From Phoronis australis (Eukaryota > Animalia > Phoronida), in assembly GCA_002633005.1 (NCBI GenBank), contig NMRA01000562.1, forward strand, positions 1 to 44,874: 44,874 nucleotides of DNA. Reading direction: 5' to 3'. The notes below the pieces were generated by a model. That model searched no databases. It saw nothing but the letters and a program-made list of their open reading frames with translations, and had not been told where the DNA came from. Below are positions 1 to 11,400 of this stretch, in pieces. Made by a program: the position numbers and the translations under genes. Numbering within the stretch: the first letter of the stretch is position 1; each line of letters starts with the position of its first letter.

Positions 1-569
1 CAAAGGGCAGGCAATAAGTGGCCTAAATCACAATTTAGTTTTTTCAACAAACCCCGGACTTGGTAAGTGTAGGTATTGGTAAAGCGTATCAGGATGTGGG
101 TAGATACAACAAAAGAGACATTAGCACAAGTGCTACTTATAGATAGAAAATACATGTTTATGAATTATTTACAGAGAGGTACACATAGAAGATACACATG
201 CAAAAAAACATACATTACTATGTATACAAGCCTTAGTCAAAAACCTAATGGTTGAGTTGTAAATTTACTTCCAGTGAATTCTATGAGTCTCCGTTAGCCA
301 CTCATCGCTGATGGGAAATTGCCCATTGGCTGAATGGTAAATACACTTGCCAGTTTTATCAGGGTATTTATCAGGGTTGCGGTTCGATACCCTGAGGTTG
401 GATAACTACAATTGCCAACGCGATGCAAAAGACATGACACAACATCGAAACGGTTCTGGCACATTGTAACATCTTATTGATGCAGGCAATTTGTTCCAGA
501 GAAACACTTCAGTTGAGACATAATAATTTTATGGACTCGCCCTAATTCTCACTTGATGATTTATTGCAG

Positions 570-807
570 GTCAAGCGTCTGCAAGTCTACAACCAAATTT
601 ATGAGTTGCTGAATGCTGGACAGCTGGAACACTTAAAATAATTATGAAAATTAGGCCCAAATTAATACCTAACGAACGGTTACTAAGTCTAAGCCACTAT
701 AGGTTACAAAACAATTGTCAAGCGTCTGAAAGCCTACAACCAAATTTATGAGTTACTGGAACACTTAATATGAAAATTAGACCTAATACACAACGAACGG
801 TTACTAA
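570..807. repeat. Degenerate local tandem duplication (two ~90-120 bp copies, ~147 bp apart)
   Basis: gtcaagcgtctg(c/a)aag(t/c)ctacaaccaaatttatgagtt...ggaacactta...tatgaaaattag...aacgaacggttactaa occurs starting at ~570 and ~717. Confidence 0.85.
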
Positions 808-810
808 TAC

Positions 811-845
811 CAGGAAGAGATAACCATCCTGGTTATCTCTTCCTG
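811..845. mobile_element. 35-bp perfect palindrome insertion with 7-bp target-site duplication (mini-MITE or internally deleted TIR element)
   Basis: caggaagagataacca-tcc-tggttatctcttcctg (16-bp perfect arms), flanked by ctaatac at 804-810 and 846-852; absent from the other copy of the tandem duplication. Confidence 0.75.
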
Positions 846-1142
846 CTAATACTAATCAAACTAAGCCAGGCAATAGCGGATTTGCAGCGCAGACGAACTA
901 CGCATTGCGCATGTGCGAGTTACTTCCTTCGCGAAGGCTCATGGGATAGCTTGTGGTCAGGCATGTCTTGAGCAGGCTGGATAGTGTATGCATTTGGAGT
1001 GATTTGCAAACTAAAAACCACGTTTCATTTTTTTGCTTTATAATACCAAGCAAGTCCTCTCTCTCGTTTGTAAACACAGCGTAGCTATGATCAGTGACCG
1101 TGTGACCGAGGGCACGACTGTCGTCATGTTCAGTATTGGGGC

Positions 1143-1471
1143 NNNNNNNNNNNNNNNNNNNNNNNNNNNNNNNNNNNNNNNNNNNNNNNNNNNNNNNNNN
1201 NNNNNNNNNNNNNNNNNNNNNNNNNNNNNNNNNNNNNNNNNNNNNNNNNNNNNNNNNNNNNNNNNNNNNNNNNNNNNNNNNNNNNNNNNNNNNNNNNNNN
1301 NNNNNNNNNNNNNNNNNNNNNNNNNNNNNNNNNNNNNNNNNNNNNNNNNNNNNNNNNNNNNNNNNNNNNNNNNNNNNNNNNNNNNNNNNNNNNNNNNNNN
1401 NNNNNNNNNNNNNNNNNNNNNNNNNNNNNNNNNNNNNNNNNNNNNNNNNNNNNNNNNNNNNNNNNNNNNNN
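1143..1471. other. Assembly gap (N run)
   Basis: Run of n. Confidence 1.
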
Positions 1472-1741
1472 AATTCTTCGCCAAAGTCAACTTAATTCTC
1501 ACAACTAAGCTTCATCAAAGATATGTATAGAAGTAGAAAGGACCAATGAAGAAAGTAAGCGTTTTTTAAATGAAAGTTTTAAGTGTAGATTGTATTTTTG
1601 ACGAGGTGAAAACTCGAAATCGGTATCCCAAATCCGGTCACGGCCAGTTTAAAATACACTGAAGTAACGAAATGAATACAGAAAGCGAATGGAAGTATTG
1701 TAGCCCCTATATGGCCAACCGAGGGGCTACGTGTTGCCTAC

Positions 1742-1936
1742 TAGATGGCCCCGCGTTGGTTTGAATGCGCTAAATCTCGCCTTACTCCCAGCTCTCCTAA
1801 TGTTGTTTATCCATTTTTCACGAAGTTCTTGGTTTGCAGGGAACACATAAAAACTCAGATTTTTATCCCTCTTGTTGTTTTTGAAGCAGCCAGGAACACA
1901 ACATGTGTATCCGCCGTAAGTTTTCTTCGCGCTCAT
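1742..1936 (-). CDS. First exon of a THAP zinc-finger protein (probably transposase N-terminus); continuation not visible
   Basis: MSAKKTYGGYTCCVPGCFKNNKRDKNLSFYVFPANQELREKWINNIRR...FKPTRGHL matches THAP CxxxxC...SFxxFP...W..NIRR; ends at a likely donor gtaggc just before the expected VCSxHF. Confidence 0.75.
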
Positions 1937-3764
1937 ACCGCGTATTATGCTTGTTACTATGGCCGCTTTCGGAATCCTGACCACAGCACCCACAATGCAC
2001 CATATTAACCTAATTTCAATATGGCGTCGCTGCAAATCCGCTATTGTCTGCTCTAGACCTTTAAACACGGAGCTGCAAACTAATGATAAATGACAAAATG
2101 AAATTATGCACTACTATGTAATTAAGCCTTTACAACGTTAAGAATTAGAAGGAATCACTAATTTTGCAATAGAAGACGAAAGGCAGGTAAATGTCGCTTG
2201 TATATTCGCTTTCAATCGCAGTCTGTTTCTGCACCAGCAAATGCCAGAATCAGAAAGAGGTCAAAGAGCTACATCCGGTAACACGCTATCTGGGCGCTAG
2301 ATGTCGCGAGAGTAAAAAAAGGTAATTTTGCGACTGGGTCGCGTTTGCGCGCCACCTAGCACTGTGATAGAGTGTAACAAAAGCCACCGTTTGCTCGTAG
2401 ACCTACCGTCAATTCCCAAATACAAGCATATACTTTTGGCAAACTAACAAACGTTCCCTGTTAGCTCTATGATGCTTGTTTTTCGACTAATATGAAGTTA
2501 AAATACTGTATTTGGGTCGTTATGCTTGGTCCTGCACACTGAAAATAATAATGCTTTTGACTTTGTTTTAATTCTCTGAAACACGGGGGTCATACGGCTA
2601 ATTGGTCCATTTTTGCAACTCATGTCCCTGAAGCTACTGAACGCTTCATCTCCACAAAACTACAAAACCAAATTCCTTGGATAAATCCCAAAATTTGAAA
2701 AAAAAAACTTTTCTGAAAAAGAGACAAACTCTTTCGCCGCGCTCATACTGGAAATGAAACTGACACTGAGACTTCAGTACGCCGATTACGGCATTTTCCG
2801 AGTCCCTTTGCTCCCAACTTGTTCGATTCTATAGCCCAACAACAATTTGGGAAGTTTACCCCTGTAGCCAATATCTTACACGACTGCCTTTAACTCCATT
2901 CTGGCATTTATGGTTGGAGGGCCAGCTCTCTTTCTATGATTGCTCTAATCTCGAATAAGACAGTATCTCAGTGCCCGACCGGACTGGGCACTAGTCTTCA
3001 GTTGTTGGCACAAGTTGAGACTAAACCTCAAAATTGTGTTCAAGGCTTTAGCAGAAAATTACACGTTTGTCTAAACTCAAATTTCTTCTCTGAAATGTTG
3101 TAAAAACATCTCAGAGGACAGAGCAATTGTGTTTAATCATCTTCAGGGTTACAAAATAAGTCCAGAGAAAAATTAGACAGCCTAAAGTTACATCGAAATG
3201 CTAGTTGAGTCCAATATCTACACCGTACCATACCTTATATTTCAGTCATTTCAGTCGCACTAGCAATTTTGTCAGACCTGTGTAAGCTATGGTCCCAAAA
3301 GAACAATAATGCGAAAGCGAGTTCCGATGCTGTGCTCATATTTTATTAAAAAAGAAAAATGTTTTCTGAAATTTCCATTGACGGATTGGTGATCAGTCCA
3401 GTATTTTACGGAGGTCTCGTCTTTTTAATGGTGTTGTTCCAAGCGGTGTTAAAGGGCCGAGTAACTGTGTGTAACATTAATTGTAAAATCTGCCCAGGAT
3501 TCCACTGGTATGACAAGAAGGTTGAAAGTGCATAAAAAGTTAAACAGTAATTCCTTGTCCACCCAGGTAATGGCATAGATTTCCCTGACACTCAGGTCTT
3601 AGCAGGTGACAACAATAAAGTTGATGTGCTTAAAGAAGTCATTGTGAAACGTCCTTGAACAAGAATATCAGTTCATTCCAACTAGAACTATGGTAGTGCA
3701 GGTTTCATGCATTTCACAAATATAACTTTAGGTTGTAACATTTTTCTTAGGACTTACTTCATAA

Positions 3765-3801
3765 TCCTGAAAATGGTTCAAGATTGAATCGAAACGTTGG
3801 A
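3765..3801 (+). ncRNA. Penelope-type minimal hammerhead ribozyme relic (core variant, probably inactive)
   Basis: tc-CTGAAAAt-ggttca(agat)tgaatc-GAAAcgttg-ga: 6-bp stem II, GAAA, self-complementary aacgtt; G8 is A. Confidence 0.45.
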
Positions 3802-4282
3802 CTTCGAAATATGTTGTACCTGTGAATATATTTGCGTGCCTTGTGTTGTTCTAAACTTCACCATCAAAATTCAGATTTTTCAAAGTTTCTTGAATTTAGA
3901 ATATATAGTATAGAAAATGTGTGTTGTTGTGACACAATGCAACCTCCATATCACCCTTTATGGAAAACCAATTTAACTTTTTAAATGTGCAGTCTATTCT
4001 ATTTTCAATTTACAGAATTGGCAAAATTTAAATGTCAATTTTCACGGAAATGTGCAACTTCAAATAGGACGATTTTTATTTTAATCTATTACTACAAAAT
4101 GTGGCATCAAAAACACCAAAATAAAATTGCCTCCCCCAGAATGTGGACACAAAAGCTACTTTATGAGCCTCTTAGGGGCTACGGCCCGGCCCGGCATGTC
4201 CAGATTAGACATTCAAGCTGCCTTCTGATCTAATGGTATCTGTGCGAACGGTGGATAAGTTCGATAACAATAGCATGGTACA

Positions 4283-4421
4283 GCAGGGGCGGGTCTAGGA
4301 TTTTCTAAAGGAGGGGTCAGATCAAAGATTTTTTTAAAAAGGGGTCCATTTGAAAGTTCTTGATTTGGTATCACTTATACCAAGGGAAAAAAGGAGTCTG
4401 GACCCCCTCCTGGATGCACCT
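4283..4421. mobile_element. Degenerate MITE of the CAGGGGCGG-type family
   Basis: caggggcgggtctagga...tcctggatgcaccta imperfect TIRs, similar to copies at 24292, 26287 and 31579. Confidence 0.55.
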
Positions 4422-5142
4422 ATCCTACACCACCAAAAATGTTTATGACTGAACATCGAAGGTTGCAGATAAACGACTGTTGACCGCTCATAGCCTTGTG
4501 TGCTAAATAAAAGATTGATATTGGAGCTTTTGCGGAGGTTTACAATTCTTTATGGTTTAAATGCCTCAGATGGCCAGTACATGTATCTTACGGTAAGACA
4601 AAGCGGCTTTGTAAGATATACAGAACGATCTATTCACACAAGCCCACACATCTATAATCACTTTAATAATACAATCTTGATTAATAAATGACAGGCGATT
4701 AGTTCATGGTTCGTGGAATATTTTGTCTTACATTTTTCCTTTATATATTCCTCTCTTCTCTAGTAAACCAGGAAAAAAACGAAAGGTATCTTTTCAATAT
4801 GTATGCTACGGGGTTTACTTTTAGAAATCTATGATTCCCTATCACTGGAACCGGTGAAAAAGGCCTGAATCTGCACGGGATGCCATAAAATACTTTTGTT
4901 TTATTCCACGAACCCCCCGAACTATAATCACAATTCAAGTTCAACGTTATAATGTAAACGAGTAATATTATATCATGTTGAAAGTTTAGATGCACAGAAA
5001 ACCTGTTGTTCACGAACTCGCCATCTACGGCACCCTTTCCTATAAGCGTCACTTAACGTCTCACGGAAAATAGAGAACGTATTCTTACAACAGAAGCGTG
5101 CATATTTCCAACACTTGTTTGAACACCTGCCACATCAGCCGA

Positions 5143-5489
5143 TTAGTCTCTTTCTTTAACAGACATCTTGTAAGGGTTAGGTATCCGGAAAAATATGGCC
5201 TCTTCGCAATGCTGCATGACGTCATCAGGTGCGTCTGAGACCTCCACGCGATACTTGTGAAATATGAGCGATGCTATATATGTCAGTTCGCGCTTAGCTA
5301 ATGACTCCCCTGGGCAGACACGACGTCCACCAGAGAACGGCATCCAGGCACGTGACTTCACCATGTCTCCATCCTTGTCAATAAAGCGGTCAGGGTTGAA
5401 CACTTCCGGCTTTGTCCAATGCTGTGGGTCGTTGTGGAGGCTCAGCAAGTTGATGAGAACCAAGGAGCCTTTTGGGACGTCATATCCGC
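5143..5489 (-). CDS. CYP17-like P450 coding exon 9 (heme-binding, stop)
   Basis: GGYDVPKGSLVLINL...FNPDRF...PFSGGRRVCPGESLAKREL...KERD*. Confidence 0.95.
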
Positions 5490-8400
5490 CTAAAACGATA
5501 TGCCCAGACCATCATATGGATACTGATATAACTCCCGAAATAGTGTTGCTTCGACAGCGGAAAACCCCAAGCAAGGGTATGCCATTCGCCTTAGTGAAAA
5601 ACCCCTCAGCCAAAACAGAAGCAACCACCAGGAGAAAAATACTTGTCAAGTTGATGTTATATGAAAGGACAACTAAGCAATCTAAGATAAAATTCACAAC
5701 ACTTAGTAATAATGTTTGAAACAGGAAAAGTAACATCTAATGTCCCGCGGACGTAGATAGGCGCGGAAGCATGTGTGGGATTCCTCATCAAAGGCAGGCG
5801 ACTGGAGGGCGGCTGCGCGGAACTGGCGGTCACGGGAAGGGGCGGCGGGACAACTACTTTCCGCCCCAGGGGACAATATTTTTATGCCAATATATTATCC
5901 TAAATTCAAAGTCTCAACGACGGAAGAGAGGCTCGGACCCACGTTTTTTTTGAAAAATAGTCACTTATTGTTGTTCCAATTGCTACAACATTTTTGTTTG
6001 CACTCAAAACACAATTTTTGACCTACATGAAAATTTGTTTCATTGAAAATGCCTGAGGGAAAACTGAAAAATACAAAACGGTTCTTTCGTCATATAAACC
6101 GTTACCGACCACGAAAGCTTAGTAAAAAATATGACCAACATGAATATAAAATATATCATAGGGCCAACGTTTCAAGTACTACTTTTAATAGAAGCTTGTC
6201 CACAGACTTGACATCGACGCTCGTCTTAAAAGATTTCATAATAACTTAACATTTCTACATACCCACAGTGGTATCACAAATAGTTTTGTGAGGTACGGAG
6301 AACGGCACTATGCTAGAGCATCGCATTGTCTCAAACACCACTGCTTCAAGGTAACGCAGACGGTGCACGTCACTATTGTCCGGCAGACGATCACGACCTG
6401 AAATGTTGGAACGTTGGTTATCACTGGTGTATGCCTACCCCTATAAGTAGCTCCTAATATCAACAACGTGCGAGCACTTCTAAAGGACATTTTCTTCCAT
6501 CGTTCAATAAACGGGAGGTTTACTAAGAATACAATTCATGCAGGTCAATCGCTGGCATATTTGAAGGTAAAATAACAACATGCTTAACCCATTATGAAAG
6601 AAAGAAATTTTGAGTTAATGCTTAAAACTTCATAGTGTTTGAATCCACTACTCCGGCAATTCAATTTATTACATGATATGCATATCACGAGTGTTTTACA
6701 CGCAGCGTCGGTCAATATTTCATAGTTGGTAATTGTTTACCCCAGGGGCTCCTTCCAAGTGGAACGACTTTTACTTTCATTAGGTTTCGTATTATTCTGA
6801 CCCGAAAATATAATAAACGACATTCCTTTCTGTCACACTTCCGGTTGATATCAAATCCAATCCCGTTCACGTACCAACAACACTGTCTAATTCCTCGAAT
6901 ATCTTATCCTGCACATCAGGGTGCGTGCCAACATAGAGGAGCAGGAAGCGCAAGGATTCACGTGTCGTGTCAGTCCCCGCTACAAACACAGTATATAAAG
7001 GAAACAATAGTAAGTACAAGGAATATACTGCACGGAAAGTCATGACAACATGCACATCAACCCTCCCGATAAACTCTTTACTGTATTCACACGTCCATTA
7101 ATTTTAAACGTTTCAAACAGTAGAGCGCACTTTCGTGATACATCCCTCTACGATACCCAAAGCTGACATTGAAAAAATAATATTGCGAAAAAATCACTTT
7201 TCTCCACGTAGGAAACCTTTTCTCCACAGAGAAAACCTTTCCGTCGTGGAGAAAACCTTTCCGTCGAGGACAAAACTTGTCTCCACGGAAAATAAACCTT
7301 TTCTTCATGGAGAAAACCTTTCAGCCGCGGAGAAAACTTTTCTCCGCCGCTGAAAGGTTTCCTCTGCGGCGAAAATGGTTTCTCTGCGAAGAAATTTTTT
7401 TTTTCTTTATTGGAAAAAAAGTTTTTTCCCGCGGAGAAACGTTTTTAAAGCAAACGGTTGATTCACAGAACCGACGAAGTCCGTCACGTGCAGACAAACA
7501 CTCCTAAATAGTTTAGCTGATAAGTTACAATGAAGACGGAGGTGGCAACAGGAATGAGGTCGATGGTGACGAAGGTGATAATGAGGATTTTGAAGATAAT
7601 TATTATGATGCTGAGAATGGTGGTCATGCTATATGATCACAACGACGAATTTGACGACAACGATGACGACGACGATGATGATGATGACGATGATGGCGAT
7701 ATGATGATGATTTTGAAAACTGTGATGACGACAATGGAAATGAAAACGATGAAAATAATGAGGGTGGCGACAGTGATCGCGATATTGATAACATACGTGA
7801 CAATGGTAATGGTGACGATGACTGTTGGGACGATGAAGACGACGATGGTGATGATGACTTTAATGATGACAATACATTATGGAGTGGCTGTCGCCTCGAA
7901 AACATTCGGTGACGTACAACACAGATCGCACGTGGACAGTGTCACATAATTCATAAGTTGTGTTTTAAGTGGTGAAATTTGACTTCACAACGCATTTGGA
8001 AAACGCCAGCAGCACTGTAAATGAAATTCCCATAATTTGTGATCAAATTCCTGATCACTGCTAATTTTTCATTCACAACGCACTTTAACGGCAGTTTACC
8101 CAATTGGCACAAATACATGAAAGTAAAATCATACCTCCAAACACGTCGAACAGAATCATCAGGAAATGGGTGTCAGTAAGTTGACCGACTGCTGTCGAGT
8201 CTTCCTCATTCTTTGCTTTTTCTTCAACAGCCAATATGTGGTCGACCAAATCACGCAGATTATCTAGCGGTGTAAAGAAAATACGGGTCATGCATTTGTG
8301 GCCTTCACAGGAGATGGTTAGATCGACACTTTGTGGTAGGAGAGGGGGGCGGGAGAGAGGGAGATATTGAGGAATGGGATGGGAGGAATGGACTGAAGGA

Positions 8401-11400
8401 GGGGCAGAGAGAGAGAGAGAGAGGGAGGGGGGGAGGGAGGGAGGGAGGGAAGGAGGGAGGGAGGGGGGCGGGAGAATTTGAAACGTTGTATGGTTCAGGC
8501 TCATTGGTAGAAATTCTTTTTGAATGATAAGTGCTTTCCGTCTCATGAGTTCCACTTCCGTTGGAAAAATTCTGCTCCATATATTAAGTGTTCAACAGAT
8601 TACCCTCAAACATGTGGCTTTACAATTCTACCACGTTATCCACTTACCTGGGTCGAATGTCTTTTTGTGCTCCTCTACTTTTCTAGAAACCAAGTCTATG
8701 AACAGGTCCGTAATTTTATCCATACCCCTAAGTTTCTCTTTGTCGAGAAATTGAAAGATGCTGGGTAAGAAGTCGGTGACGAATCCGTTGCCGAAGATTT
8801 CCGGAGCTTTCTCGACGTATAACAGCAAATCTTTGAACATTGGGTCGTCTTTTTCAAATCTTGAAAATACAATTTTAATGCCAAAGTGTACAATATCAAT
8901 AAACTATTCTTAGTTTATTTTGATTTTGATTTTTATTCGTACCATTGAGCACGCGCGATAACCACCCAGTCAAAGACAAAGAAACGATGACCAAAACCAC
9001 AAATTTTACCTTCAAACCCTGCATCAAGCCAACATTTGTCATCGACCATCCTTGTGGACGACGCTACATCCGTTGTTCGGAAGCGGACCCGTTAGTCATT
9101 GGTCAAGGCAGAGTGCCCTCGAGGAATTTGAATATATATCATTAAAAACAACATTTCAAATGAGGGCAACGTTATCTGCGATAGACACTTCTCTTCATAC
9201 AGGCTCTCAAGAAAACACAGTGTAAATAGAGAATGCAGTTAATAGTCAAACAAAACAAAAGAAATGACACTAAACAGTGGAGCACATTAAACGCAAAGAA
9301 GGTTACTGTATCCTAGCACAGAATTGATGTGAACTCCTAGGAGTTTCAATAAATAGCTCACTTCACGTTTTGTTTAAAGTTTATTGCTTTGTTCACAAAA
9401 CTGACAGGGTAAGCCTGTTTTGTTAAGAAAGTCTAATCCCAACAGTTAGAAACACAAGTGTGCGCGGACGTGAGTAAATATGAAAAAAATACATAGTAAC
9501 TAAAAAGAGGTCATCCGAAATTTTTTCCTTAATAGATTACTAGAGAAATAACGTTTAGCCGAATGCCATTTTTATTCATAGACTTCTTTTCAAAATTGAG
9601 ACCATAACATTAATTTTCGTGCCTTGACTTGTTGTTTCCTTCGTGGAAGTGAAAGCGCAAATCAAGTACAAGATTACTCCAGGCATGAGCACACAAAACG
9701 TCCGCTGGACATTTACTGAATTACTTACACTTCACCAAATGACATTGACAAAAGTATATTGTAAGTGAACAGCGTGATGCTTTCAAGTGGGTCGAAAGGC
9801 TCGGCTTGGCTGGACCAATCTTTGGCCATGTTGTCGAAATTGTCCAAAAGATATTTGGTCAGTTTGTCGCCTTCAGTAAACGATCTGAAAAAAAGATTAA
9901 AAACTCAGTAAAGTCATTCTGAAGCAGCCGGGGCCCGTTTTAAAAAAGATTGTACTGCGCCTGGCCGTAGCTAAAATGATAACATTGCAAAGGCGTCGCT
10001 GTATGCTTCATAAGAACGAAACGTTGCAACTGACGTAAAGTTAACCAACGTTCACAATCAGAACAACTTCGTTTGGCATAAGGCACTTTAATGAACCCAG
10101 TCAGTGTGTGGAGGATAAAATCGAATTTACGACAGTATTAGCCAAGACCCAGAGCACGACCTTTGACAAAACGGGTCCCTGATGCACAGCAATGAACAGT
10201 TTTGCAGGAACAATTTCTTAAGAGAAGAAAAGATAGAACGTTTTTCAAAATAAATTTCCAGTGATTTGAACGAACTCGCTCATTGAAACTTGTTCTACAA
10301 ATTTTTTTTTATTTTTTCTTCTTTAGGGTTGCAGTGTGAACGATCCATGGATGGCTATTTTACACTCCGTTCCACTTGCGACACCAAAATCACATGGCAA
10401 TCCGAGATCCAGGAATTCAAAAAGGAAATGGAAACAAAAAATCTATAGAACCTTAAATCGATGGTGTCTCATGGCACCTTCGAGTTTAAAGGTATGTTAT
10501 GACTACGGAAGTACGCTAGCCACATGAGGCTTTAAATGTACCGATGTTCAAAATAGTGGACTGGTATTGCACGATGTCACATTAAAACTTAATGCATCAG
10601 TTGTCTCGAGCTATAGTAAGCGTCAACGAAAGAATTTTGTGCCAATGGTGCGGACACTATCCAAAATCATCCTTTAAGATGATGTCAATCACGGTGCATG
10701 CGTGACAGTACCTCATGGCCACGTGAGCTATCTTCCGCTGTACCCTCCACACGGGCCCGTAGTCACCAAACGCGATGTCCTTACCGCCCATGGTGATGCG
10801 ATCTATGGAAGGGAGGGACGGTCGACCAGCGAAATCAACGGCACGTTTCACAAGGGCCTCGTCGATGACTTCCAGCGTGTTCAAACAGACAGAGTGATAA
10901 GGACCTATGGATTAACACAAGACAGTATCATTGACCACGATTTTCACGAAAGACGTCCGATGAATGCTAAAAGATGTATATTCATTCTAGATTATGGACA
11001 GAATGTAATCCCTGTTGGCACTCATCTGATATTCCTTAGATATAGTAAATATATAGACGCTGAGGTTGACCAGTAGTGAAATATATCAAATAAACACAGA
11101 AAAATCAGGAACCCCAACTGAGAATCGAACCACAGGTTTCAGGGTTCGATTCCCAGTTGGGGTTCCTGATTTTTCTGTGTTTATTTGAGATATTCGTTAG
11201 CGAAGACAGGATTTATGCTTCGTTTAACTTTTCGTTTAGACAGCGTGAGTACACAAGTCCTTCAATGATTGACGAATCACATAACCAATGAGCTATACCA
11301 GGTATAGCTAAACATAACTAAACGGTCTTTGCCTCAAGATATTCTGTGTTACTTTGCCTGAATTTCCACAGTCGAATCATTATGACTAGCTAGCCCCCTT

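Larger units (their letters stand above)
875..2042 (-). mobile_element. TIR DNA transposon carrying a THAP-domain gene (ISL2EU-like, tentative), interrupted by an assembly gap
   Basis: Perfect inverted repeat caatagcggatttgcagcg (871-889) / cgctgcaaatccgctattg (2028-2046), readable as AT TSD plus AGCGG termini; THAP exon starts ~100 bp inside the right end. Confidence 0.7.

Noticed and set aside
356-408. tRNA-like ggttcgataccc stem-loop
   Set aside because: No D-arm or acceptor stem; not a tRNA gene
1033-1530. ORFs spanning N-gaps (also 18513-19170 and 37907-38268)
   Set aside because: Open only because Ns translate as X; the CKHSVA SWIM-like hint is too short to support
1700-1730. 9-bp hairpin gtagcccct/aggggctac as a Helitron end or terminator
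   Set aside because: Lies inside the THAP element next to the splice donor; a nearby ctag is part of the exon end and there is no other Helitron evidence
3010-3095. KLRLNL...ALAENY resembling a transposase HTH
   Set aside because: Too short and broken to call
7530-7949. Met/Asp-rich ORF suggesting an acidic biomineralisation protein
   Set aside because: Product of a decayed GAT microsatellite inside a P450 intron; the Asp frame shifts and has stops; no signal peptide
8085-8555. 156-aa Pro/Ser-rich ORF
   Set aside because: Intron microsatellite read through into P450 exon 6
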